Assembly: GCA_001783215.1 (NCBI GenBank)
Contig: MFRA01000001.1
Span: forward strand, 62,161 to 126,160
Reading direction: 5' to 3'
DNA from: Candidatus Magasanikbacteria bacterium RIFOXYD1_FULL_40_23
Lineage (GTDB): Bacteria; Patescibacteriota; Patescibacteriia; Magasanikbacterales; GWA2-37-8
DNA length: 64,000 nucleotides
Below the pieces are notes generated by a model. The model was not told the origin of the DNA. It saw only the letters and a program-made list of their open reading frames with translations, and did not search any database. The number at the start of each line of letters is the position of its first letter. Position 1 is the stretch's first letter. This document shows, piece after piece, positions 18,615 to 27,856 of the stretch. The translations under genes and the position numbers were made by a program.

Positions 18615-19556
18615 ATGAGTAAAATAAAGTTGGCGTTTATTATTTTAATCAGCATACTTTTTGGAGCGGGGATTATCTTGGCAGGTTTTTGGTTTTTGTC
18701 CGGTAAGTTGTTTAGTGCTTGGACAGATAAGATTGTAGCTGTTAATCAACAGAGTGTTGTGCAAAGTACTCCCGTACAACCTGGGGATTGTTCTCTTCCT
18801 GTAAGTAAAGATATGGCTTTGTTAGATAAGCATGAAACAGTCAGACAAGCATCGCTCAAATGTACAGCTTTTGAAGAAGAAAAGTTACAATATGATTTTG
18901 ATCCAAAAAACGCTCTTACCTGGGACAATGCTTTTCCATCACGAGAAAACTGGGCAAATAGATTAAAAATTTTTAAAAAAGCTACGAAGGGAATTACGTC
19001 TGCATATTATGTTGAAAAGTACGATTTTACGTTTAGTTTTCCATATGATTGGGATGTTTTGGTGACACCACCTGGATATGATAGAAAGTATAGGATTGTT
19101 TTAAGTAATCCAGGAAATCAGCTGGTTCGTCCTATGGTTATAACAGTTCAAGATTACAACAGTTCATCTGATGTGGCTAGTGAATGGGTCCAGAATGAAT
19201 CTGGTCATACGGTACTGACAAAATTAGGGCTGCTTCAAAAGAAAAAACAGATTGAAAATTCTGTTAAATCTGCTGATGGTTATGGTAAGTTTGTAGTTTT
19301 TGGAAATGATTACAGTACTTCAGAATATCATAATTTTTATCGTCACGCGGAATTCTTTATAGGCAATAATCTAATTACTATTATTCAGCCACTTTCTGTA
19401 ATAGTTCCAGATACTACTGGGTATGGAAAGGAGCAAGAAGAACTGTTATCTAAAATTAATAATGGATCCGTGGATGGTCTGGTTTCTGTCGAAGTTAAAT
19501 TAATTGATTTTATTGCCGCTTTTTTTCGCCAAGATTCTTTGTATCCTGGAGATTAA
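18615..19556 (+). CDS. membrane-anchored hypothetical protein
   Basis: N-terminal TM FIILISILFGAGIILAGFWFL then 280-aa hydrophilic domain. Confidence 0.5.
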   Translation: MSKIKLAFIILISILFGAGIILAGFWFLSGKLFSAWTDKIVAVNQQSVVQSTPVQPGDCSLPVSKDMALLDKHETVRQASLKCTAFEEEKLQYDFDPKNALTWDNAFPSRENWANRLKIFKKATKGITSAYYVEKYDFTFSFPYDWDVLVTPPGYDRKYRIVLSNPGNQLVRPMVITVQDYNSSSDVASEWVQNESGHTVLTKLGLLQKKKQIENSVKSADGYGKFVVFGNDYSTSEYHNFYRHAEFFIGNNLITIIQPLSVIVPDTTGYGKEQEELLSKINNGSVDGLVSVEVKLIDFIAAFFRQDSLYPGD

Positions 19557-19621
19557 GCATTCTTTTGGCACTTTCGTTATATCTTGGTATTCTTGTGGTA
19601 TAAATCACTCAAAAAATCAAT

Positions 19622-20344
19622 ATGCGACAAGCCTCCACTCTAATATTTTTATCAGGCTTGCTATTTACCGTTACCGGCTGTGGCAGTGTTGATAATTCTT
19701 CGCAACCTACAACTTCTTCAACTCCTATAACTGTCAACACAAGTACCGTGGTGACTACACCCTCTCCAATTATTGTGCCTACCACTACTATTGCTGTTAC
19801 GTCTACTACGAACACGACAACAGATTCTATCAATTTTTTAAAAAGAATTGAAAATATTAGTAAAGCGTTGAAAGAAAAAGGTATTGCTAATAAGTATAAA
19901 AATATTTCAGAATCAATGGATGTCGGCGCTCGATATGTTTTTACATTTGAAACTTCTTTGTCAGATTATAAATTATTTGTTATGACGCCTGATTTTGCCT
20001 CGGGTGTTGGTGAGGGTGGCCCAACCTCGTTTACTCCTAAGAATATAGATTTTTCTGCGAGTCAAAATGAAATAGTTGCTCAGTTACAAAAACCAGGAGG
20101 GTATAAAGAAAATAATATACAATATTCAAAAAAAGTGACCACCAATCTTTGGATTTTTGGGGACTTTGGGTATGCCGAGCCAAATTACTTTGTGCAAGCA
20201 TTAGCAAAGGATTCTGCTGGCTTCGGGTATTTGCTCCAGGTAGATGTGCCTGATAGTAAATACATAAATCGTGCGGAGGAAGCGTTCCTTGAAGTAAATG
20301 GTAATGCTATTACTCAAAATATATTTTCAACTGTTGTCCGCTAG
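19622..20344 (+). CDS. lipoprotein of unknown function with Thr/Ser/Pro-rich linker
   Basis: lipobox LLFTVTGCGS; TTSSTPITVNTSTVVTTPSPIIVPTTTIAVTSTTNTTT linker. Confidence 0.5.
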   Translation: MRQASTLIFLSGLLFTVTGCGSVDNSSQPTTSSTPITVNTSTVVTTPSPIIVPTTTIAVTSTTNTTTDSINFLKRIENISKALKEKGIANKYKNISESMDVGARYVFTFETSLSDYKLFVMTPDFASGVGEGGPTSFTPKNIDFSASQNEIVAQLQKPGGYKENNIQYSKKVTTNLWIFGDFGYAEPNYFVQALAKDSAGFGYLLQVDVPDSKYINRAEEAFLEVNGNAITQNIFSTVVR

Positions 20345-20435
20345 GCTTTATTTGCACCCATCCTAGCCTCGGCTTCGGTGGGTCTTTTTGTTTTGTTGTT
20401 TTTCTCGATTTTATAGGGTAAAATAAGGGGGATAT

Positions 20436-21887
20436 ATGTCCTATACCGTAGCCCAAAATACGTCGTTTCTTACCATTGCCTCTGTCTTGCAGAAGGTAAT
20501 TTCTTTTTTTTATTTTATCTTTGTTGCTCGTATTGTAGGGGTAGAGAACACGGGTGTATATTTCTTTGCTATTAGTTTTACCACTATTTTTACAGTCGTA
20601 GCCGATTTTGGTATGGGGCCGGTGCTCACCCGCGAAGCATCTCGATTTCCAGACAGAACCGAAAGTTATTTTAATACTGTATTTTGGAGCAAAATATTGT
20701 TTGGGCTGTGTGCGTATTTATTAGTAGTTTTATTTGCCAATATTCTTAAATATCCGGAAACTACTAAACTGCTTATCTATATCTCCGGTATCACCATGTT
20801 TTTTGATACGCTCGCTACCGCGTTCAATAGTATTTTTCGCGCCAAGAAAAATCTGATCTATGAATCTATTGGCGTTATTATTTCTCAATTTACCACTTTA
20901 GTTATCGGTACGTTTGCTCTGCTAAACCATTGGCCACTCGTTTGGCTTATTTTGGCTTACACCATCCCAAGTTTTTTTAATTTGTTATATATCAGCGGTT
21001 TCCTCAAAAAAGTATACGGCGTCGGTGTGCGTTTTGTTTGGAATTCATCCGTATTTAAAATTTTCTTTATTACGGCTTTACCGTTTGCGCTCGCTGGAAT
21101 TATCGGTCGATTATATTCATATAGCGACTCACTCCTTATGTCCAAAATTCTTACTGCCAAAGAGTTGGGTTGGTGGAGCGTGCCATACAAAATCACCTTT
21201 GCTTTTCAGTTTATACCGGTTGCGCTCTCTGCCAGTGTCTACCCGGTCTTTAGTAGCCTGTTTTTGACCGATAAAATGGCTGTAGGAGCGTTATTCGAGA
21301 AATCATGGCGTTATCTGTTCGCCATCATTTTCCCTGTGTCTTTTGGCCTTATAGCGGTCGCAGAGCCGGTTATCAAACGGGTGTTTGGTGCCGAATATAT
21401 ACCTTCTATTATTCCGTTGCGTATTCTGCTAATCAGTCTTATTTTCGGCTTTTTGTCGTTTATTACTGGTGCGCTCCTTAATGCTATAAACAAACAAAAA
21501 ACTCAAACCAGTCTAATGGCTTTGGCGCTTACAGTTAGTATTGTTTTAAATCTAATCCTGTTGCCTGTACTAAAAATAACCGGAGCAGCCATCTCGGCTC
21601 TAGTAAGTAATTTTATTCTTTGTATGGTTGGTTTTTATCTATCTACCAAACAGGTAAATATAAATTTAAAAAATATTATCAAATATTTAAACCAAACTTT
21701 GTGGCCAGCGCTAATTATGGGTGCAGTGGTATATGGCCTATCTTTCAAAATTCATTATCTAGTTACGATTGTTATCGGTGGTGTTATTTATCTCGGCTTG
21801 CTGTACTATAATAAAGTTATAGATAAAGCAATGGTATTAAGTATAATAGAAAAAGTAAGAATGAAAAAAACTCAACCAACTGTATAA
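20436..21887 (+). CDS. polysaccharide/lipid-linked oligosaccharide flippase (Wzx/MurJ-like MOP superfamily)
   Basis: 483 aa, ~12-14 hydrophobic segments, next to glycosyltransferases. Confidence 0.65.
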   Translation: MSYTVAQNTSFLTIASVLQKVISFFYFIFVARIVGVENTGVYFFAISFTTIFTVVADFGMGPVLTREASRFPDRTESYFNTVFWSKILFGLCAYLLVVLFANILKYPETTKLLIYISGITMFFDTLATAFNSIFRAKKNLIYESIGVIISQFTTLVIGTFALLNHWPLVWLILAYTIPSFFNLLYISGFLKKVYGVGVRFVWNSSVFKIFFITALPFALAGIIGRLYSYSDSLLMSKILTAKELGWWSVPYKITFAFQFIPVALSASVYPVFSSLFLTDKMAVGALFEKSWRYLFAIIFPVSFGLIAVAEPVIKRVFGAEYIPSIIPLRILLISLIFGFLSFITGALLNAINKQKTQTSLMALALTVSIVLNLILLPVLKITGAAISALVSNFILCMVGFYLSTKQVNINLKNIIKYLNQTLWPALIMGAVVYGLSFKIHYLVTIVIGGVIYLGLLYYNKVIDKAMVLSIIEKVRMKKTQPTV

Positions 21888-21898
21888 ACTAATTTTGT

Positions 21899-23011
21899 AT
21901 GAAAACCCTAATCATCACCCTAGAATATCCACCTCAAATCGGAGGTATCGCATCATATACATACAACCTAGCCAAAAACATGTCTCCAGAAGATGTAATT
22001 GTTTATGCTCCCAAAATGTTAGGGGATACCGATATAGACAAGAAAAATCCTTGGAAAGTAATTCGCACCAAGCCGTTTTTTGCATTCTTTTGGCCCCGCT
22101 GGATCAAAATGCTTTGGCAAGTTTGGAACCTGGTAAAACAAGAAAACATTGGTCAAATTTATGTGCATCATACTTTGCCAGCCGGCTACGTGGCATATTT
22201 GATAAAGAAATTTAAACGCGTTCCATATACGGTATTTTTTCATGGCACAGATTTGGCTTTGGGATTAAAAAATAAAAAGAGAAAATTAAAACAAGTTTGC
22301 TCAAGTGCAGAAAAAATTATTGTAAATAGTATTTATCTAAAAAATCAATTCTTAAACCATTTCGAAGATTTGGAAGCCAAGATGGTCGTTATCTATCCTT
22401 GCCCAGATAAAATATTTTTGGATAGAGCTCCAGAAGCGGAGCTCAAAAAAATGAAATCACAATTGGCTCTAGAGGGTAAAAAGGTAATAGTTACGGTGGC
22501 GCGCATGAGTGAAGGCAAAGGTTATCCGCACCTTATTCGCTTACTTCCAAAAATTTTGGAGAAAGTACCAAATTTGGTTTGGCTTATGATAGGGGATGGT
22601 CCAAAAAAAGACGAAATTATAGCAGCTATCCAAAAGAATTATTTACAAAATGTTACTCGTTTTATTGGGTTTGTACCATATACCGAATTGCCAAAGTATT
22701 ATCAAATTTCCGATGCGTTTGTATTGTTAACCCACCCAGACGAAGCGTCTGGCCAAGAAGCCTGGGGCACTTCGTTTATAGAAGCCGCTGCTTCTGGTTT
22801 GCCCGCTGTGGCTGGGCGTTCTGGTGGTGTAGAAGAAGCTGTACAAAATTTGGTTACCGGTTTGATAGTAGATGTATATCAAGACCAAAGTATCGTATCA
22901 GCAGTTTCTGATTTACTGCGAGAAACAGAATATGCCAAAAAGATGGGAGAAGCAGGCAGGCAGAGAGTATTGAGTGAATTTACTTGGGAGAAACAGCTGC
23001 AGAAGCTTTAG
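21899..23011 (+). CDS. glycosyltransferase family 4
   Basis: C-terminal GT4 motif region EGKGYPHLI...FIEAAASGLPAVAGRSGGVEE. Confidence 0.8.
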   Translation: MKTLIITLEYPPQIGGIASYTYNLAKNMSPEDVIVYAPKMLGDTDIDKKNPWKVIRTKPFFAFFWPRWIKMLWQVWNLVKQENIGQIYVHHTLPAGYVAYLIKKFKRVPYTVFFHGTDLALGLKNKKRKLKQVCSSAEKIIVNSIYLKNQFLNHFEDLEAKMVVIYPCPDKIFLDRAPEAELKKMKSQLALEGKKVIVTVARMSEGKGYPHLIRLLPKILEKVPNLVWLMIGDGPKKDEIIAAIQKNYLQNVTRFIGFVPYTELPKYYQISDAFVLLTHPDEASGQEAWGTSFIEAAASGLPAVAGRSGGVEEAVQNLVTGLIVDVYQDQSIVSAVSDLLRETEYAKKMGEAGRQRVLSEFTWEKQLQKL

Positions 23012-23020
23012 TGATTATTG

Positions 23021-23537
23021 TATGGAAAAAGAAATTATCAATGAGAAACTAAAAAAAGAGATTCTTTTAATGGTTGAGGATGATCAAAAAATGAGAAGTG
23101 GTGATCAGTGGAATTCAGAGATTGATAGGTTAAATACTGAAAGAATAAAAATAATTATTTCACAATATGGGTGGCCAGGAAAATCACTTGTAGGTGAGGA
23201 GGGGGCAAATGGGGTGTGGCTTTTGGTGCAGCACGCTGATCATGATGTGGAATTTCAGAAACATGCCTTAAAATTCTTGCAAGAAGCAGTTGCTAATGAA
23301 GAGGCAGAAAAAAGCAATGAAGCCTACCTGGTAGATAGAATAAAAGTCAATACAGGCCAGCCGCAACTTTTTGGAACACAATTTTATGAAGATGAAAAAG
23401 GACAATTTGGTCCGCGACCAATTGAAGATCCAGAAAATGTTGAAGAAAGAAGGCGAATATTCGGTCTAGAACCTTTCTCGGAGTATCAGCAGCTAATGGA
23501 GCGCAAGCATACGGAACTTAAAAATAAAGAAAAATAG
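23021..23537 (+). CDS. hypothetical protein (start taken at MEKEIINEK)
   Basis: hydrophilic 172-aa ORF, no motif assigned. Confidence 0.4.
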
Positions 23538-23561
23538 AATAATAAATTTTAGGAGTTAATT

Positions 23562-24287
23562 ATGCAACCACTCATTAGTGTAATCATTCCAGTCTACAAC
23601 CACGCTCACACCCTAAAAACTTCTATAGAAGGTATTTTTCGTCAAACCTACAGACCGCTAGAAGTGATAGTGGTAGACGACGGCAGTACAGATAATTTTG
23701 AAGAAGCGGTAAAGGAGTGTCTGGCTCTAACAGAAAAAGAATGTATTGGCGAAGGTAGTTTATTATCTGTAATTTCTCAACCAAACGCCGGTGCGCCAGC
23801 TGCGCGTAACCGCGGTTTTGCAGCTTCCAAAGGCGAGTATGTTATATTTTGGGATGCAGATACAATATCCGATCCAAACATGCTGCAAAAAATGTATAAA
23901 GCTTTGCAAAACAACCCACAAGCCGTCTATGCCTATAGTCAATTTAAATTTGGTTGGAAAACATTCAAGAGCCAAGAATTTAATTCAGAAAAATTAAAAC
24001 AAATAAATTATATAGATGTCACTTCGCTTATTCGCCGTAAAGATTTTGTTGGCTTTGATGAAAAAATAAAACGTTTCCAAGATTGGGATTTGTGGCTTAG
24101 TATGTTGGAGCAGGGGAAGATAGGCGTTTTTGTGCCAGAAGTTTTGTATAAAAAAATTGTTGCAGGCAGAGTAGGTATAAGCAATTGGCTGCCAAGTTTT
24201 TTTTATAAGTTACCATGGAAGAGTAAGCAGGTACAAAAGTACGACGATGCCAAAGAAATTATTGTAAAAAAACATAAACTAGTATAA
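23562..24287 (+). CDS. glycosyltransferase family 2
   Basis: ISVIIPVYNHAHTLKTSIEGIFRQTYRPLEVIVVDDGSTDN GT2 N-terminal signature, DAD motif (FWDADT). Confidence 0.8.
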   Translation: MQPLISVIIPVYNHAHTLKTSIEGIFRQTYRPLEVIVVDDGSTDNFEEAVKECLALTEKECIGEGSLLSVISQPNAGAPAARNRGFAASKGEYVIFWDADTISDPNMLQKMYKALQNNPQAVYAYSQFKFGWKTFKSQEFNSEKLKQINYIDVTSLIRRKDFVGFDEKIKRFQDWDLWLSMLEQGKIGVFVPEVLYKKIVAGRVGISNWLPSFFYKLPWKSKQVQKYDDAKEIIVKKHKLV

Positions 24288-24295
24288 AAGTTTTT

Positions 24296-24835
24296 ATGGT
24301 TTCAGAAGAAAAAAATTATGCATACATAGACGGTGCAAATTTGCATAAAGGTGTACAAGACACTGGGTGGATTTTAGATTATAAAAAATTTCGTATTTGG
24401 CTAAAGGAAAAGTACGGAGTAGTACAAGCCTATGTATTTATTGGCTTTATTTCAAAAAATAAAGATCTGTATACGTATCTTCAAGAATGCGGATTTGTTT
24501 TGGTTTATAAAGATATTACTTACGGGAGTAATGGCTCTATAAAAGGAAATTGTGATGCTGATTTAGTATTACGCGTAACACGAGATGCCTATGAAAATAA
24601 TTGTGAAAAAGCTGTATTAGTTTCAAGTGATGGGGATTATGCGGGATTGGTTAAATTTCTTCAAGAAAAAGATAAGTTTAGGGCAATTCTCTCGCCTTCT
24701 TTACCAGAAAAATGCTCTATTTTGTTAAAAAGAACCGACGCTACGATATCCTACTTAATTGATCAAAAAGGCACTTTGGGTATAAAAGAAAAAGCCCCCG
24801 GTAAGGACGAAACCTTACAGGGGTCTTTTTCGTAG
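24296..24835 (+). CDS. NYN/LabA-like domain protein
   Basis: YAYIDGANLHKG...CDADLVL pattern of NYN (DUF88) nucleases. Confidence 0.65.
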   Translation: MVSEEKNYAYIDGANLHKGVQDTGWILDYKKFRIWLKEKYGVVQAYVFIGFISKNKDLYTYLQECGFVLVYKDITYGSNGSIKGNCDADLVLRVTRDAYENNCEKAVLVSSDGDYAGLVKFLQEKDKFRAILSPSLPEKCSILLKRTDATISYLIDQKGTLGIKEKAPGKDETLQGSFS

Positions 24836-24910
24836 TAATTACCTGTAATATACTTGAATTTTTGACAAATGTCAATAGTTATCCCCAAATAAATTAACTT
24901 TATAAAATAT

Positions 24911-25258
24911 ATGCCAAGCCTAGAAGAATTACAGAAAAAAATAATTGCGTTTCGCGACGCACGCGACTGGAAACAGTTCCATACACCAAAAGACTTGGCC
25001 ATCGGGTTATTGCTAGAAGCCGGAGAAGTGGCCGAGCATTTTCATTGGAAAAATGAAGAAGATTTAAAAGAATATATAAAAACCCACAAAGAAGAAATCG
25101 GCGACGAAATGGGCGATGTGTTGAATTACCTACTCATTATGGCCAATGATTTTGGCATAGATTTGGCCGATGCGACAGATAAAAAAATAGATAAAAATGC
25201 GCAGAAGTATCCGGTGGAGAAGTCTAGGGGGAGGAGTGCGAAGTATACGGAGTTGTAA
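24911..25258 (+). CDS. MazG-like nucleotide pyrophosphohydrolase
   Basis: EAGEVAEHFHWKNEE...EEIGDEMGDVLNYLLIMANDFGIDL MazG EEXX(E/D) motifs. Confidence 0.75.
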   Translation: MPSLEELQKKIIAFRDARDWKQFHTPKDLAIGLLLEAGEVAEHFHWKNEEDLKEYIKTHKEEIGDEMGDVLNYLLIMANDFGIDLADATDKKIDKNAQKYPVEKSRGRSAKYTEL

Positions 25259-25273
25259 ATTAATAATTTTAAT

Positions 25274-25999
25274 ATGGATAATCAGTCTTTAAAATCTAAA
25301 GAATCTAACGTGGGTCTAGTCAAAAAAGTGTTTGAGTACACTTCATATTTTTTTGGCGCAGCCTTTCTTTGTGGATTTCTCGTATGGAATGTTTATCTAT
25401 ATGGTTTAGGTTTTAAAGAAGATGATATTCTTCAAATCCGTTTTATTTTTACCGGAATATGTTTTCTTATTATTAGTACACCAGTTATCGTTTTATCGGT
25501 ATATATAAATAAAAAAATAAATCCAAAAAATATTTTTTGGAAATTTTTTCGTGATTATGTTTGCGTTCTGCTCATTGTAATTTATTTAATTTCTTATATT
25601 TCTTTTTTGTTTGCTAGAATCCCCATTGCGTTAGGTGGTGGGAGGCCAAGAGGGTTGGCTATTATAACTGATACGACTAATTTAGATTTTTTATCTAAGT
25701 TTGGTATTCCTAAGGGTGAAAGTAGCGAAACTCAAACTGCAAATATATGTATCGCTTATGAAAATGAAAAAATAATAGTAATTTTGTTAGGCGATAGAGT
25801 TATGCAGATTAAAAAAGAAGGTTTTCTAGGGTTTGTTAGTTTGCCGGGGGATTCTGTAAGTCTTAATAGAGAATGTTCTCAAGTAGCAAACTTTTGGATA
25901 AAAAGATCTTTTATGTTTGAATTTATGACAGACCAAAAAATAAAGGATAAAATTTTATCAGAGGAGTCATTAAATGATAATGATGTATGTTCGGGCTAA
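25274..25999 (+). CDS. membrane protein of unknown function
   Basis: three N-terminal hydrophobic segments, C-terminal soluble part. Confidence 0.5.
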   Translation: MDNQSLKSKESNVGLVKKVFEYTSYFFGAAFLCGFLVWNVYLYGLGFKEDDILQIRFIFTGICFLIISTPVIVLSVYINKKINPKNIFWKFFRDYVCVLLIVIYLISYISFLFARIPIALGGGRPRGLAIITDTTNLDFLSKFGIPKGESSETQTANICIAYENEKIIVILLGDRVMQIKKEGFLGFVSLPGDSVSLNRECSQVANFWIKRSFMFEFMTDQKIKDKILSEESLNDNDVCSG

Positions 26000-26613
26000 C
26001 AAAACAAGAACTAAAAATATTTAAAAAACTTTCTACTCCCATAAAAATCCAAGATTTTTTGGATGCCATGCCGGTGAATTGGGAGAGGAAAGGGGAGACT
26101 TACATGTCTCCGCGCCGGGTGTTAAGGTCGAAAAAAATGCATTGTTTTGAAGGTGCACTTTTTGCAGCCGCAGCTCTTTGGCTAAACGGCGAACAGCCAC
26201 TGCTAATGGATTTTCAGAACAAAGGCGACGAAGACCACGTGGTTGCTTTGTATAAACGCAACGGTTATTGGGGCGCAATAAGTAAAACAAATCATTCTAC
26301 ATTGCGCTATCGCGATCCGGTATACAAAACTATTCGCGAATTGGCAATGTCTTACTTCCACGAATATTGGAATAATAAAAACGGCAAAAAAACTTTATTT
26401 GCCTACTCTACGAAACCGTTTGATCTCCGCAAATATGGAAAAAAATGGATAACATCTGAAGAAGATTTATATGATTTTGTGCAAGATGTAGACGATGCAC
26501 CCCATACACAAGTTATTCCGAAAAAGAATTCCAAGTTTCTTCGTCTAGCAGATTCTATGGAAAGACGAGTGGGTAAAATTATTGAGTGGAAAAAAATAGA
26601 TCCGAGAACTTAA
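25987..26613 (+). CDS. hypothetical protein (possible papain/transglutaminase-like Cys-His fold, weak)
   Basis: MHCFEGALFAAAALW ... EDHVVALYKRNGYWGAIS arrangement of Cys then His; not firm. Confidence 0.4.
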   Translation: MFGLTKQELKIFKKLSTPIKIQDFLDAMPVNWERKGETYMSPRRVLRSKKMHCFEGALFAAAALWLNGEQPLLMDFQNKGDEDHVVALYKRNGYWGAISKTNHSTLRYRDPVYKTIRELAMSYFHEYWNNKNGKKTLFAYSTKPFDLRKYGKKWITSEEDLYDFVQDVDDAPHTQVIPKKNSKFLRLADSMERRVGKIIEWKKIDPRT

Positions 26614-26630
26614 GAATTAATTATTCAGTT

Positions 26631-26700
26631 GTCATTCTGAGCAATGCGAAGAATCCCTCTTTTTCAAACGAAAGGGATCCTTCACCCCGTTCAGGATGAC
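26631..26700. repeat. REP-like imperfect palindromic element GTCATTCTGAGC...GTTCAGGATGAC
   Basis: outer arms gtcattctgagc / gttcaggatgac and inner arms gaagaatccctc / gggatccttcac form a ~30-bp imperfect hairpin right after a stop codon. Confidence 0.7.
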
Positions 26701-26774
26701 AATGAGTCGGTATGACAGTGTGTAGTGTTTGGTTGTATAATTGTAAATAGGTTTAACTCATTTAATCTATTTGT

Positions 26775-27065
26775 ATGCAAGTAAAACAGCTAAAAGCAGA
26801 AGTTGGATCTGGAAAGGACATTATGATTGTGGATGTGCGAGAGCATGACGAGTACGAAAAAGGCGAAAAAATGGACGAGGCTACCAATATACCGATGGGT
26901 CAGATGTTTATTGAAGCTTCGCAAGGAAGATTGCCAAAAGATAAAAAAATTATCACGGTTTGTAAAAGCGGAACCAGATGTCAGATTGTGGCTAAAGAGC
27001 TGAAAGAAAAAGGATACGACATTGAATTTTTAGAAGGTGGAATGGATGCTTGGAAAGGAGAATAA
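26775..27065 (+). CDS. single-domain rhodanese-like sulfurtransferase
   Basis: active-site loop CKSGTRC and terminal GGMDAWK. Confidence 0.8.
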   Translation: MQVKQLKAEVGSGKDIMIVDVREHDEYEKGEKMDEATNIPMGQMFIEASQGRLPKDKKIITVCKSGTRCQIVAKELKEKGYDIEFLEGGMDAWKGE

Positions 27066-27077
27066 TAAATTGTATTA

Positions 27078-27476
27078 GTGTTTGTGCAAATTCCTGAGAA
27101 TGAACTAGTCGTTACCTTTGCCAGATCATCTGGAGCCGGTGGGCAAAATGTAAATAAAACCTCTACCAAAGTTTTTGTACATTGGTCGGTAGGGAAGTCT
27201 TTTGTGTTGTCTGAAGAAGAAAAAAATAGAGTGCGAACCAAATTGGCCAATAGAATAAATAATGAAGATGAGCTTGTAATAGCTTCCGAAGAGGAGCGAT
27301 CGCAATTGCAAAATAGGGAATCGGCTGTAACTAGATTGCAAGAGTTGGTAAACGAGGCGTTGTATGTGCCAAAAGTGCGCAGGGCAACTAGGCCAACCAG
27401 ATCTTCTAAATTAAAACGTCTTGAATCAAAAAAGATACGATCGCAGATAAAAACTGCCAGAAAAAGTTTGGAATAA
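27078..27476 (+). CDS. arfB: ArfB/YaeJ-type peptidyl-tRNA hydrolase (GGQ protein)
   Basis: SSGAGGQNVNKTSTKV GGQ motif plus basic C-terminal tail, ~130 aa. Confidence 0.75.
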   Translation: MFVQIPENELVVTFARSSGAGGQNVNKTSTKVFVHWSVGKSFVLSEEEKNRVRTKLANRINNEDELVIASEEERSQLQNRESAVTRLQELVNEALYVPKVRRATRPTRSSKLKRLESKKIRSQIKTARKSLE

Positions 27477-27477
27477 T

Positions 27478-27726
27478 ATGTATTATTTATACATCCTGGA
27501 ATGTGCGGACAAAAGCCTGTATACTGGTATAACGGTAGATTTGGAGCGTAGGGTAATTGAACATAATACTTCGAAGATAGGGGCTAAATATACCAGAGCC
27601 AGACGGCCGGTAAAATTGGTTTACCAAAAAAGATTTCGGAATCGGTCCAATGCTTCTAAGGCTGAGGCTAAAGTAAAAGGGTTGAGTAGAGAAGAAAAAT
27701 TGGAATTAATTAATCAAGTCGTATAG
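27478..27726 (+). CDS. GIY-YIG nuclease-domain protein
   Basis: MYYLYILECADKSLYTGITVDLERRVIEHN. Confidence 0.8.
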   Translation: MYYLYILECADKSLYTGITVDLERRVIEHNTSKIGAKYTRARRPVKLVYQKRFRNRSNASKAEAKVKGLSREEKLELINQVV

Positions 27727-27729
27727 GCT

Positions 27730-27830
27730 GTCATCCCGACTAAAGTGGAGGGATCCCTTAAACATAGTAAGTTCTAGTAACTAAGTGTAAGGGATTCCTC
27801 GACTTCGCTACAGCTCCGCTCGGAATGACA
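27730..27830. repeat. REP-like palindromic element, variant copy (GTCATCCCGAC...GCTCGGAATGACA)
   Basis: gtcatcccgac..gagggatccctta....taagggattcctcgac..gctcggaatgaca; same family as 26631 and 48521. Confidence 0.6.
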
Positions 27831-27856
27831 ATCGACAGTGTATTTAACTAAATGTT

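Noticed and set aside
24763-25002. Minus-strand ORF between the NYN gene and the MazG-like gene.
   Set aside because: It is a low-complexity F/I/K-rich frame overlapping both neighbours, with no signals.
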